Positions 49,383 through 58,816 of a DNA stretch of 64,000 nucleotides are shown in pieces. The number at the start of each line of letters is the position of its first letter. The first letter of the stretch is position 1. The stretch covers positions 2,112,001-2,176,000 of the forward strand of contig CAXXMD010000003.1 in assembly GCA_963675755.2 (NCBI GenBank), read 5' to 3'. The position numbers were made by a program, and so were the translations under genes. A model generated the notes under the pieces. The model saw only the letters and a list, made by a program, of their open reading frames with translations. It had not been told where the DNA came from and did not search any database. Origin of the DNA: a bacterium (GTDB lineage Bacteria; Zhuqueibacterota; Zhuqueibacteria; Residuimicrobiales; Krinioviventaceae).

Positions 49383-51025
49383 CTTTTTTCCGCTATGGTT
49401 TGTAATCTTGCATTGATATATGGTGTGCCGGGATTCCATTGTGGTTCTGATTTTCGATTGGCAATGTTAAAAATAAAATGTGTTAATACCCGGCAATGTT
49501 GCTGCGTTGCTTTATAGTTGATGGTTTGGTCTTTATCATCAAAGGGAGTGTGATATATGTAGTCAATCCAATTCATGTGCATTTGAAGACCTTGAACCGG
49601 AGTCAGGTTCTTGTATTGTAATCCATCCATAATCAGAATCGAAGGGATGCCGGCTTTGGCAAAAGATATCTGATCGGAACGGGCAAAAGATTCGGAAACC
49701 ATAAACTGTTGAGGTACAGGACTGGTTTCAAGTCCCAATTGATTTGCCGTTTCTTCTAGAGTCTCATCCAGGTCAGACAGTTCGTGACCTACACCCACAA
49801 TATCGTTGAATTCATCAAACATGGCCAGGCCATCCACATTCAGGTTGGCAATGGTTCTATAAAGCGGGACAGCCGGATGATCAATGTAATAGGTCGAGCC
49901 AAGCAATCCTTTTTCTTCACCCGTGACCATTAAAAAGATGATTGAGCGTTTCAGCATTTTCCGATTTCCAGACAGTACACGCGCCATTTCAAGAGCACCG
50001 GCACAACCCAAAGCGTTATCACCAAAACCGTTATAGATGGAATCCGCAAGCATGGGCTTGCCTATGCCTAAATGATCATAATGTGCGGTTATGATGATAT
50101 ATTCATGTTTGAGTTTAGAGTCGCTGCCGGACAACATGGCAATGACATTGGGAGAAATAAAGTCCCGTTGTTTGAACTGGCCTTTGAAGGAGAGTGAGGT
50201 TTCAAGATCAAAGCTTTTCAGTGTATTGTTTTTGTCCATGGTATAGACATCTTGCAGTGAGTTTTGCGCGTTTTTAAACAAGTGGTCCGCACTTTTAGGG
50301 TTCAAAATGAGACTGAGATGTGCGGTCACAGAATAGCCCAGTGTGATTTCGGTAAATGCGTAATTTTGTACATAATGTTCCCAGGTACGGAATCGGGGGG
50401 TGTGCGGATTGAGCAACAATATGCTTCCCCGGGCCCCTCGTGAGATTGCCATGCGCTCTTTGGATTCCGGGTACGCATAGATGGTTTGTTCGGACCCGTT
50501 AAAGTAGGATTTGTCTGTAGATTCCGGTTCTCCATCCAGGTATACCACAATTTTGTTGCTTACATCAACGGATTGATAATCGTTATAGTCGTATTCGGGT
50601 GCAAAAATGCCATAACCCACAAAAACCAACTCGATGGGTTTCGGCACCAGGGTTTGAGCACCGGATTTAAACAGCAGGTAATCTTTTTCCAATTCAAGAT
50701 TCAAGGTGTCTGTATTATTATATAGCAGGGCCTGACATCCGGGAAGCGCTTCACTGCTGTGCATGGGTATGTTTTGAAAGTAATTTCCGTTATCACCCAG
50801 CGGGAACAGGTTTAATCGTTCAAATTCCATGGCAAGATATTCCGCTGCCAGCTTTTCTCCGTACGAACCCGTACCTCTTCCGCGGAGCTCATCATCTGCT
50901 AGATATTCCGCGTGATTTCGCAACGCTTCAATATTGATTTGAATCTCACGGTTTTCCTGGCCAGCGGCTGCCAGGACGTAATATAACCCTATCAGCAATA
51001 AATATTTGATTTTAAATAAAGACAT
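49379..51025 (-). CDS. M28-family metallopeptidase with PA domain
   Basis: LADDELRGRGTGS, VFVGYG, TAHYDHLG, NGFGDNALG, GEEKGLLGS, RSDQ and YHTPFD motifs. Confidence 0.9.
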   Translation of the reverse strand: MSLFKIKYLLLIGLYYVLAAAGQENREIQINIEALRNHAEYLADDELRGRGTGSYGEKLAAEYLAMEFERLNLFPLGDNGNYFQNIPMHSSEALPGCQALLYNNTDTLNLELEKDYLLFKSGAQTLVPKPIELVFVGYGIFAPEYDYNDYQSVDVSNKIVVYLDGEPESTDKSYFNGSEQTIYAYPESKERMAISRGARGSILLLNPHTPRFRTWEHYVQNYAFTEITLGYSVTAHLSLILNPKSADHLFKNAQNSLQDVYTMDKNNTLKSFDLETSLSFKGQFKQRDFISPNVIAMLSGSDSKLKHEYIIITAHYDHLGIGKPMLADSIYNGFGDNALGCAGALEMARVLSGNRKMLKRSIIFLMVTGEEKGLLGSTYYIDHPAVPLYRTIANLNVDGLAMFDEFNDIVGVGHELSDLDETLEETANQLGLETSPVPQQFMVSESFARSDQISFAKAGIPSILIMDGLQYKNLTPVQGLQMHMNWIDYIYHTPFDDKDQTINYKATQQHCRVLTHFIFNIANRKSEPQWNPGTPYINARLQTIAEKR

Positions 51026-51034
51026 GCAAGATCG

Positions 51035-51835
51035 TTATTTATTGTAACTCATAATTTTGTATTGTCTTTTCGCAAATGTCAGTGTTCCGCTTCTTTTCCC
51101 CAGGCGGGTTATGGTTTTTGTTGGATCCAGAAGCAATGTTTTTATAGAGCCTTCCGGATTTTGGGAGTCAAACTCGCCCTGTACCAGGGAAACATAAGAG
51201 CCCACCAGCGATTCTTCACCGCTAAAAGGTAAGGGGTCAGAACCCACAACCATCCTGAAATTTTTGCGAAACGCCTGTTTTACAAGTGCGGGAGTCGGCC
51301 AGATGGTGGGCCGCATAGTAGTCTCACTAATCAATAATTTTTCAGGATTGTTTGTTTCGATGATTTTTGAAACAATTTTCCCTCTTTTGGTAAACCATTT
51401 TCCCGGTGCCCAGTTTAGAGCCGCTACGGCGTCGTTATCCTGAACTTTATTAATGGTGTCTTGAGTGTTCAATTCACGATCAGCCATGTTGAAATCTGTT
51501 GCCAGGGCGCATATTTCGAGCTTGTCGCTGCTGACGATCTGTCTGCCTGCCAGAACATAAAGCAGATTGTTTTGTGTCTGCTTGTCACGGATGACCAATG
51601 AGGCGGGCCCTGATTTCTCTATAGTATATTTATCAGAATCTAATGCCAATAACTGGTTAAAACCGTTATAGATAGTACCTTCGGTTAGCAGCCACATTTT
51701 AACCGTGTCTGTTGTTAATTTATTTTTGCCGATAATGCGATCCATGTGATTCAAGCTGGCACTTATGGCTGTATCAATATTATAATCGGGATAAATGTGT
51801 ACATGTGCGTCAAATAGAATTGAGGTGGCGCTCAT
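51035..51835 (-). CDS. Hypothetical protein, PHP-like metal-dependent hydrolase fold
   Basis: N-terminal DAHVH, LTE and a late GSDP, in PHP-like order; RBS GGAGG. Confidence 0.6.
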   Translation of the reverse strand: MSATSILFDAHVHIYPDYNIDTAISASLNHMDRIIGKNKLTTDTVKMWLLTEGTIYNGFNQLLALDSDKYTIEKSGPASLVIRDKQTQNNLLYVLAGRQIVSSDKLEICALATDFNMADRELNTQDTINKVQDNDAVAALNWAPGKWFTKRGKIVSKIIETNNPEKLLISETTMRPTIWPTPALVKQAFRKNFRMVVGSDPLPFSGEESLVGSYVSLVQGEFDSQNPEGSIKTLLLDPTKTITRLGKRSGTLTFAKRQYKIMSYNK

Positions 51836-52036
51836 TTTTCCTCCATAACAGGTTGTATTTTTGTTAAATATGGGGATTCAAGGGGATTAATGCAATTTCT
51901 TTTTAATGAAACCTGAATTTTTATTTAAAAAATGAATATTATACTTGATTATTAGGGCAAGAAGTAATATTTTGTATGTATATTACATAATATATTAAAA
52001 AGTAACAATTTAATATGATATTTGGAGAAGTCTGGT

Positions 52037-52798
52037 TTGCCAAAACTCATCCCCGTAGGAGTATCCAACCGACATATGCACCTGACCCGCGAAGCGATGG
52101 ATATTCTGTTTGGTCCCGGAAGTGAACTTTCAGTATATAAAGAATTATATCAAAAAGGCGAGTTCGCCTCAGAACAGATCGTAGAATGTATTGGTCCCAA
52201 AGGCAAGTTTCAGCATTTACGGGTATTGGGACCCTTGCGTAAAACGCTGCAAATTGAAGTCTCAGGCACTGATGCCTACCACCTTGGAATTACACCCCCT
52301 ATCGGCAAATTTACCAATTTACCTGATGGTCAATACGTAACTTTGAAAGGTCCTGCCGGATCTATGAAAGTTACCGAGAATGTCATGATTTCGCGACGTC
52401 ATATTCATATTAATGCTGATGACGCTAAAGAAATGGGAGTAAAGCAGGGTGATATCGTATTTGTAGCACCAGCTCAGGAACGCGGAGACAAGGCAGAATC
52501 CCGATTCTGCATTATGGGCAATGTACTTGTACGGGTGGCTGATAATTTTCTTACTCAACTGCATATAGATATGGATGAAGGTAATGCAGTAGGTTTGAAA
52601 AATGGCGATAATGTATTTATCGTTCAGAGCAGCATGGGTTATTATGAGGATGAAAAAGCACCTGACAAGAAATTGATAACCGAAAGTGATGTGCGGCAGG
52701 CCAAGCTAAAGGGACTCAAGATCAGACTCCAAAAAGGTATGATTGTTACTCCCGCAGCCAAGGACCTGGGTAAGGCATATAATATATTTGTTGAATAA
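52037..52798 (+). CDS. pduL: PduL-type phosphotransacylase with C-terminal extension
   Basis: PVGVSNRHMHL, LYQKGEFA, RVLGPLR, QIEVS.TD, RRHIH and LHIDMDEGNA motifs. TTG start (52037 or 52022). Confidence 0.85.
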   Translation: MPKLIPVGVSNRHMHLTREAMDILFGPGSELSVYKELYQKGEFASEQIVECIGPKGKFQHLRVLGPLRKTLQIEVSGTDAYHLGITPPIGKFTNLPDGQYVTLKGPAGSMKVTENVMISRRHIHINADDAKEMGVKQGDIVFVAPAQERGDKAESRFCIMGNVLVRVADNFLTQLHIDMDEGNAVGLKNGDNVFIVQSSMGYYEDEKAPDKKLITESDVRQAKLKGLKIRLQKGMIVTPAAKDLGKAYNIFVE

Positions 52799-52801
52799 TT
52801 A

Positions 52802-53305
52802 ATGAGTACTTTATATTACACCACAATTCCCTGGCAATTGTCTGATTTGTTGCTGCTTTTCTCTGACAAGGGCCCCCGATCTATTTCTTTTCTCAATGGC
52901 AAGCACATTGACGATGTGTTGGGCCGATTGAGCTCTCAATACTCTCTTGAACCTATTCAGAATCAATTTTCCCTCTTGATAGAAAAAATTACTGCATATT
53001 TAAACGGTGCTAAAGTAGAATTTGATGAAACCACTGATCCGGATACCGGTACACCGTTTCAAAATCAGGTATGGAATTCCGTAAAACGTATCCCCTATGG
53101 TGAAACGCGGACTTATGGTGAAATTGCCAAAGAACTTGGCAAGCCGGGCGCCTCCCGTGCTGTTGGCACGGCTAATGGCGCTAATCCGCTGCCCATCATT
53201 GTACCCTGTCACAGGGTTATTCAATCGGATGGCAAGCTTGGCGGATACGCAGGCGGAGTTGCTATAAAAGACGCATTATTGCGTTTGGAACATTCGGTTC
53301 TTTGA
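52802..53305 (+). CDS. ogt: Methylated-DNA-protein-cysteine methyltransferase
   Basis: GTPFQ..VW, IPYGETRTY, RAVGTA and PCHRV active site. Confidence 0.93.
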   Translation: MSTLYYTTIPWQLSDLLLLFSDKGPRSISFLNGKHIDDVLGRLSSQYSLEPIQNQFSLLIEKITAYLNGAKVEFDETTDPDTGTPFQNQVWNSVKRIPYGETRTYGEIAKELGKPGASRAVGTANGANPLPIIVPCHRVIQSDGKLGGYAGGVAIKDALLRLEHSVL

Positions 53306-53306
53306 A

Positions 53307-54059
53307 ATGCAAGCCTTGTTTCGTACTCTTGCTTTTCCTGTAAATCATGTGATAGTTAATAAGAAAGAAACAAATTTTTCGTTTCCCCCTGAACTGTCTG
53401 CCAAGGCTCAACTGTTTTGGCAGGAATTTGCTAAACCGGGAATGTATAACGGAAAGCTGGCAAGGTTAAACGCCTGGATGATTAAGTCGGACACACTCGA
53501 ATTAGAGTTGGGTTTGACCGATTATTGCACCCAGGTGTATTGTAATCATCATTTGGAAACTGTCCTGCAAAACTGGGGAGAAAACAGTTTGTCGTATGCA
53601 CTGGGAATCAGTGCGGTTGTAGAAACACAGGACAATGACATACTTTTGATGAAACGCAGCCGGGATTTAGGAGAATTTCCCGGATATGTTGATGTTTTTG
53701 GTGGTCATATAGAGATTGCCGCAGATAAAAGTATGCTGCCCTCAATTGATGAAGCAATGCTGACCGAGCTGAACGAGGAATTGGGAATAGAAAAGCAACT
53801 CATGCGAATTGAACCTCTGGGTCTGGTAGAAAGTCTGCCAAACCGGAAGCCAGAGCTTGTATTTTTCTGTCAATTGAATGTTTCCACAAAACAGGTGATG
53901 GATTGTGTGCAACATGCTCAAGATCGGTATGAATATACACACATCCTGGCTGTTAAAGGTCCCGAAGCATTAAAAAAACACCGGGACCATCCTGATACTA
54001 GCCCTTCGGCTGTTGGGAGTTTGTCAATATTTCTTGAAAAGAAAAGACAAGAGGGATGA
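53307..54059 (+). CDS. NUDIX hydrolase (NUDT22-like)
   Basis: ALGISAVV, KRS, PGYVDVFGGHIE and a degenerate Nudix box ELNEELGI. Confidence 0.7.
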   Translation: MQALFRTLAFPVNHVIVNKKETNFSFPPELSAKAQLFWQEFAKPGMYNGKLARLNAWMIKSDTLELELGLTDYCTQVYCNHHLETVLQNWGENSLSYALGISAVVETQDNDILLMKRSRDLGEFPGYVDVFGGHIEIAADKSMLPSIDEAMLTELNEELGIEKQLMRIEPLGLVESLPNRKPELVFFCQLNVSTKQVMDCVQHAQDRYEYTHILAVKGPEALKKHRDHPDTSPSAVGSLSIFLEKKRQEG

Positions 54060-54509
54060 ATGTTGGAAAAAGAAGACGTATTGCTGGTCAGTGAAGAAGA
54101 AAAAGAAGTAGGGGAAGAAAAAGATTTTAAAATGCCGGTGATGAACCGTGTTGTAATAGCGGGCAAATTGATCCATGATCCACCGGTACGCTGGACAAAA
54201 CGAGGCGTTCCCGTCACAAATTTTATTATCGCAACCAAACCGGAAAGCAGCGGTAATGAGCTTGAAGGAATGGAACGGGAAAGTTGTTTGGTGAGTGTGG
54301 TTGTGTGGTCAAAACAGGCATTACAGTGTAACAAGTATTTGAAAAAAGGCAGTTCCGTTCTGATTTTGGGCGAATTGCAATCCATGCCCAACAGTGATCA
54401 CAAAAACGGATTTAACCCGGTACAGCTGTCCGCACAGTGGATCCAATATCTGGAAAAGGATGCTATCCATACCATTCAGCAAGCAGATGACACCGAGTTT
54501 GTTCAATAA
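54060..54509 (+). CDS. ssb: Single-stranded DNA-binding protein paralog
   Basis: NRVVIAGKL..DP.VR.T..G..VTNF.IA, VVVW...A..C..YLKKGSSVLI.GELQ (SSB OB fold). Confidence 0.78.
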   Translation: MLEKEDVLLVSEEEKEVGEEKDFKMPVMNRVVIAGKLIHDPPVRWTKRGVPVTNFIIATKPESSGNELEGMERESCLVSVVVWSKQALQCNKYLKKGSSVLILGELQSMPNSDHKNGFNPVQLSAQWIQYLEKDAIHTIQQADDTEFVQ

Positions 54510-54517
54510 TTTTTCTG

Positions 54518-57268
54518 TTAATATCCTAACATACTTGAAGCCCCACCGCGTTTTTCAATTTTAAGGTCCTGGAGAACGCGGGCTTTGATGTTAATAATCA
54601 CATATATCCTTTTAGCAGATCCGGAGGGTACCCAGTCTACTCTGCCTTCCCAGCAGTGCAGGTCTCTGTGGAATGTAAAGCTGTGCGATGCTATCTGTTT
54701 CTTTTCCAAATCATATTGGGCTGTGTAACCAATTCTCCAGTTACGTGTCAGGTTTATTTCCGCACCTCTAATACCCATATAATATCTTTTAGTTGGATTC
54801 AAGGGATTGCTTTTGTTGTTACTGAATGAAAAGTTGAGTGATGCCTGCCAGGGAATACTTAGCGAATTCATGGCCATTTCGTTTTCAAAACGGTTCCCGC
54901 GTCTTAGCAGATCTTCTTCAAGCACGCTGAGGTTTTCTTCTTCCAAAAGCGGGTCTGGTTCTTCTTCATTCAGTGTGTTCTCAAAAGGTCTTTCTTCATC
55001 ATCTTTGCCGCCTTTGTCTTTTTTACCCTGTAACCGCAGAGAAAAATTAAGACGCAGGTTGGTCATGCGCATAAAATCACCGCTTTTCCAGCCACCATCT
55101 TCGAATAAATAATTGTTGCTCTTGTATCCATAAGTGGGGCTGCTTGTGGTTGGCTCGCTAATCCATTTGTAAAAACTGTGCGAAGTGCTGGCACTGAGAC
55201 TGAAATTTTTCATGGGATTGGCGTTCCACGAGGTACTGAGGTCAGAGAGTTTGTTCTTTTCCGCTTCAAAGTTGTATCCGCTGCTGAAATTCATGGTAAA
55301 CAGGTCAAATTTCTTTTCCTTTTCACCTTCACCGCGCTTCATCTGAAACAAGTTCTGAACACTGAGGCTTACACTTTTTCTTCCAGTTGAGGGTGTACCA
55401 CTAAACTTGTCGCGTTTTTCTACACCGTCATCGGTTTCAATTTCTTCATAATATCCCCATTGAGGATCAGAAAAGTCAGGTTGATAGGTAAACGAAATAG
55501 ATGGCGTTACAACGTGACGAATAGCCTGCAGGTCACCAATAGGGGGAGCAAACATACCATATAATTTGGTATTGGCAGAAGCACGATAATCAAAGGTATG
55601 ACGGGCTGCAAATCCGTGCGTGGTATCGGGATCGATGGATTCGCTCTCGACATCCCAGGAATATGTTTTTTCCTGATCAAACCAGTCTTCACTTACATTT
55701 AAATTTTGGTTTAATGACAACCAACCAAAGAATTTTTTTGGACTGTTGAGTGAAAAGTTGAAATCGTGAGACATGTTTCGGGTTTCGTCCACTTCTTTTG
55801 TAGTATCGTCAGTTGTATAAGACAGGTATTCACGACTTTTATTGATCAGGTTAGAGTTGTAAGAAAAATAAAGCGATTCATACCAGTGCGAGTCCCTGCG
55901 GCTTGATCCACCAGAGCTGCGGGATGATTTCTTTTTGGGTTTGAATATTTGAGTTTGTCCCTTGCGGAATGAAACCTGCGGTAATGTTTCCTGTACCACA
56001 TCATCCTGCAGGTCATGCACGCGCGACATGTTGACGCTAAGGCTCAACTTTTGTTTCGACCAGCTTTTGGTATAGGTTGCGTTTGAACGCATTTCGCGCG
56101 TTAAACGGGTAGAGAGGTTGGTACTGTAATCTTTGTAATAGTCTTTGTCACTGACAAAGTAACCGGATACCGAGAACCGGGAAGAGGGACTGATATCCTG
56201 CTTGTGGCTGACTCGCATATCCCAGCGCCGGGTTTTGGTGCCGTTGACCTCTTTGTGCGTATACGATCCGCTCATGCTTCCATTAAGCAGATAGCGCACA
56301 TTGTAATTTGAACTTCCCCGGAATAAAAAGCCGGCTTTTTCAAAATAGTCGACTCCCAGTTTAGCATCAAAGTAATCGCTTGGTGCCCAATAGTAACCCA
56401 GGTTTCGCAAAGAGCGGCCTTCGGTGCTGCTTTCACTGTAGGTTGGGGTGAGAATACCTGACTGGCGACCCGACTTTATGGGGAATACCGCAAAAGGCAG
56501 TGCCAGTATGGGGATGTGCCCCATATACATAACCACAGGCTTTGCAATCACCTTGTCTTTCATGACCATCTTAAGCTTTTGCGACTCAAAATGAAAATGC
56601 GGATTGGTATCCAGTTCGCAGGTAGTGTATGACGAGTTTGAGATGTGAAAAACATCGCTGTTTACCCGTTTGATCTGCTGACCCAGGTATTTGCCGCCCT
56701 CCAGTTCAGTACGACCTCTGACCACCAGACCTTTTTCGGTTTTATAATTGTACACCATCTTGTCGCCAACGTAGGGAGAGCCGCCCTCGTTCAACTCGGG
56801 CTTGCCGATATATTCTACATGTATTACCGAATCGCTATGGGTGCTGTCCGTATAAACCCATTGTGTATCAGCAACAGACTCGGCGGTCATTAAATAGTTT
56901 TTCCAGTCGAGGGTTATTTTTTCGGCTTTTAGGGTCATTCCGCCATATTTAATAATCGCATCGCCGGTGAGTTCTGTTGTCCTGGAATCTACATCAGTAT
57001 AGATCGAGCGCGCATCGTAATAGATGGTTGTATCCAGATCAGATTTTTGTGTTTTAGCGAGCGAGTCGACAGCCATGGTATCTGCTATGACAGAATCCGG
57101 TAATGCCAGCATGCTGGTATCCGGTATTTCTGCGGCCAGGGTGTCTGGCAGGACCAGGTCCGGCATTTTGGGAAAGGTATCTCCGCCGGTGGATTCGAAC
57201 GGATTTTGCGCAAAAAGGCCAGCCGCACCACACGCTATGATTAAATATGTATATACTCTTTTTAACAT
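54518..57268 (-). CDS. lptD: LPS-assembly protein LptD (FCB-type)
   Basis: OstA-like N-terminus, YTTC...PHF, RQSGIL.P, GYYWA, RHVVTPSISF and HRDLHCW motifs. The ATG overlaps the rarA stop. Confidence 0.85.
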   Translation of the reverse strand: MLKRVYTYLIIACGAAGLFAQNPFESTGGDTFPKMPDLVLPDTLAAEIPDTSMLALPDSVIADTMAVDSLAKTQKSDLDTTIYYDARSIYTDVDSRTTELTGDAIIKYGGMTLKAEKITLDWKNYLMTAESVADTQWVYTDSTHSDSVIHVEYIGKPELNEGGSPYVGDKMVYNYKTEKGLVVRGRTELEGGKYLGQQIKRVNSDVFHISNSSYTTCELDTNPHFHFESQKLKMVMKDKVIAKPVVMYMGHIPILALPFAVFPIKSGRQSGILTPTYSESSTEGRSLRNLGYYWAPSDYFDAKLGVDYFEKAGFLFRGSSNYNVRYLLNGSMSGSYTHKEVNGTKTRRWDMRVSHKQDISPSSRFSVSGYFVSDKDYYKDYSTNLSTRLTREMRSNATYTKSWSKQKLSLSVNMSRVHDLQDDVVQETLPQVSFRKGQTQIFKPKKKSSRSSGGSSRRDSHWYESLYFSYNSNLINKSREYLSYTTDDTTKEVDETRNMSHDFNFSLNSPKKFFGWLSLNQNLNVSEDWFDQEKTYSWDVESESIDPDTTHGFAARHTFDYRASANTKLYGMFAPPIGDLQAIRHVVTPSISFTYQPDFSDPQWGYYEEIETDDGVEKRDKFSGTPSTGRKSVSLSVQNLFQMKRGEGEKEKKFDLFTMNFSSGYNFEAEKNKLSDLSTSWNANPMKNFSLSASTSHSFYKWISEPTTSSPTYGYKSNNYLFEDGGWKSGDFMRMTNLRLNFSLRLQGKKDKGGKDDEERPFENTLNEEEPDPLLEEENLSVLEEDLLRRGNRFENEMAMNSLSIPWQASLNFSFSNNKSNPLNPTKRYYMGIRGAEINLTRNWRIGYTAQYDLEKKQIASHSFTFHRDLHCWEGRVDWVPSGSAKRIYVIINIKARVLQDLKIEKRGGASSMLGY

Positions 57269-58605
57269 CAGGTTGTTATATCTCTTTTTCGTTTGGGCCA
57301 TAATGCAAGCAGCCGCTCTTTGATGCGTTTTTCTACACCGTTTTCAGTTGGACGATAATAAGTACGTGTTTTGTTTACAACCGGGAAATAATTTTGGTCC
57401 ACAAATCCACCAAAGTCGTGCGGATATTGATAGTCCTTTTTATAGCCCATATCTTTCATCAATTTGGTGGGTGCGTTGCGTAAATGCAGCGGTACGTCAC
57501 CGGGTTTTTCTGATTTGATATCTGCCAGCGCATTGTTGATTGCAAGGTACGAAGCATTGCTCTTGGGAGCGGATGCCAGATACGTGGTCGCCTGTGCCAG
57601 TATCAGTTGCGCTTCGGGCAGGCCGATATAGGTCACTGCAGAAAATGCGGATGTAGCCACCATGAGTGCGTGTGGATCGGCATTGCCAATGTCTTCGGAT
57701 GCGGAAATGATCAGTCTGCGCGCAATGAATTTAGGATCTTCTCCCGAAGCCAGCATACGCGCCAACCAATAGATGGCAGCATCGGGATCAGAACCGCGCA
57801 CGCTTTTGATGAACGCGGAAATGACATCGTAATGATACTCGCCTTTTTTATCGTACAGCAAGGTGCGTTTTTGCATGGCCTCTTCAATGAGGTCACGATC
57901 TATGGTTTTGCCTCCGGCATCATTGGATTTGGCAAGTTGTACTGCCAGTTCCAAAGCGGTGAGCAGGTTGCGGGCATCTCCTCCGCAAAGATCCACCAAA
58001 ATGCTTTTGGCATCGTCGTTCAATGTTATATTAGCAGCCTTGAGGACCTCGTCGTTTTGCAGGGCATTGTCCAGAATGCCGTTGAGATCGTCATGGCTGA
58101 GGGGATCGAGCTTGTATACCCGGCTTCGTGACAGCAGTGCCGAGATCACCTCAAAGCTGGGGTTTTCGGTAGTTGCACCGATTAGCAGAATGGTTCCGTC
58201 TTCAACGCTGTGCAGCAGAGCATCCTGCTGGGATTTGTTGAAACGGTGGATTTCGTCGATAAACAGGATGGTACGTGCGCCCATTTTCTGGTTCTCGCGC
58301 GCTTTTTTAATGACTTGACGGATATCTGCAACGCCGGCAGTAACCGCGCTGATGGCGTTAAAGTCGGACTTGCTCTCGTTAGCTACTACGCGCGCCAGAG
58401 TGGTCTTGCCCACACCCGGCGGGCCCCAGAATATCATGGAAACCAGCTTGTCTGATTCTATTGCGCGCCGCAGGATCTTGTCCGGACCCAGCAAATGCTG
58501 CTGACCGGCGATCTGGTCCAGAGTTTCGGGACGCATGCGGTCTGCCAGGGGACGATAGACGTTTTTCTGCTTTTGCTTTGGGTTATGTTGTTCGAATAAA
58601 TCCAA
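57268..58605 (-). CDS. rarA: Replication-associated recombination protein A
   Basis: PLADRMRP, WGPPGVGKTT, FIDEIHRFNKSQQD, GATTENPSF, SAFIKSVRGSDPDA and VPLHLRNAPT motifs. Confidence 0.96.
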   Translation of the reverse strand: MDLFEQHNPKQKQKNVYRPLADRMRPETLDQIAGQQHLLGPDKILRRAIESDKLVSMIFWGPPGVGKTTLARVVANESKSDFNAISAVTAGVADIRQVIKKARENQKMGARTILFIDEIHRFNKSQQDALLHSVEDGTILLIGATTENPSFEVISALLSRSRVYKLDPLSHDDLNGILDNALQNDEVLKAANITLNDDAKSILVDLCGGDARNLLTALELAVQLAKSNDAGGKTIDRDLIEEAMQKRTLLYDKKGEYHYDVISAFIKSVRGSDPDAAIYWLARMLASGEDPKFIARRLIISASEDIGNADPHALMVATSAFSAVTYIGLPEAQLILAQATTYLASAPKSNASYLAINNALADIKSEKPGDVPLHLRNAPTKLMKDMGYKKDYQYPHDFGGFVDQNYFPVVNKTRTYYRPTENGVEKRIKERLLALWPKRKRDITT

Positions 58606-58816
58606 TATTTCTGCCTGTTTATAGATAATCTGGTAATTTACGCAAATTTCTCAGGAATTGCAAGATGCTTCGGCATGTTGGATGCGGAAGAAACGCTATT
58701 CTTGTCTAACTGCTGTCAGGCAAATTTGTTCGATAATATTTGTTAATGGATCTGGGAAAATGATTTGTTAATGTGTTTAACTGGATGGTTATTGTGATTC
58801 GTTTGAGTAAAGCCTG

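Noticed and set aside
51836-52021. Pho box for the pstS-containing operon
   Set aside because: A single TTAACA on the minus strand with no 11-bp-phased partner.
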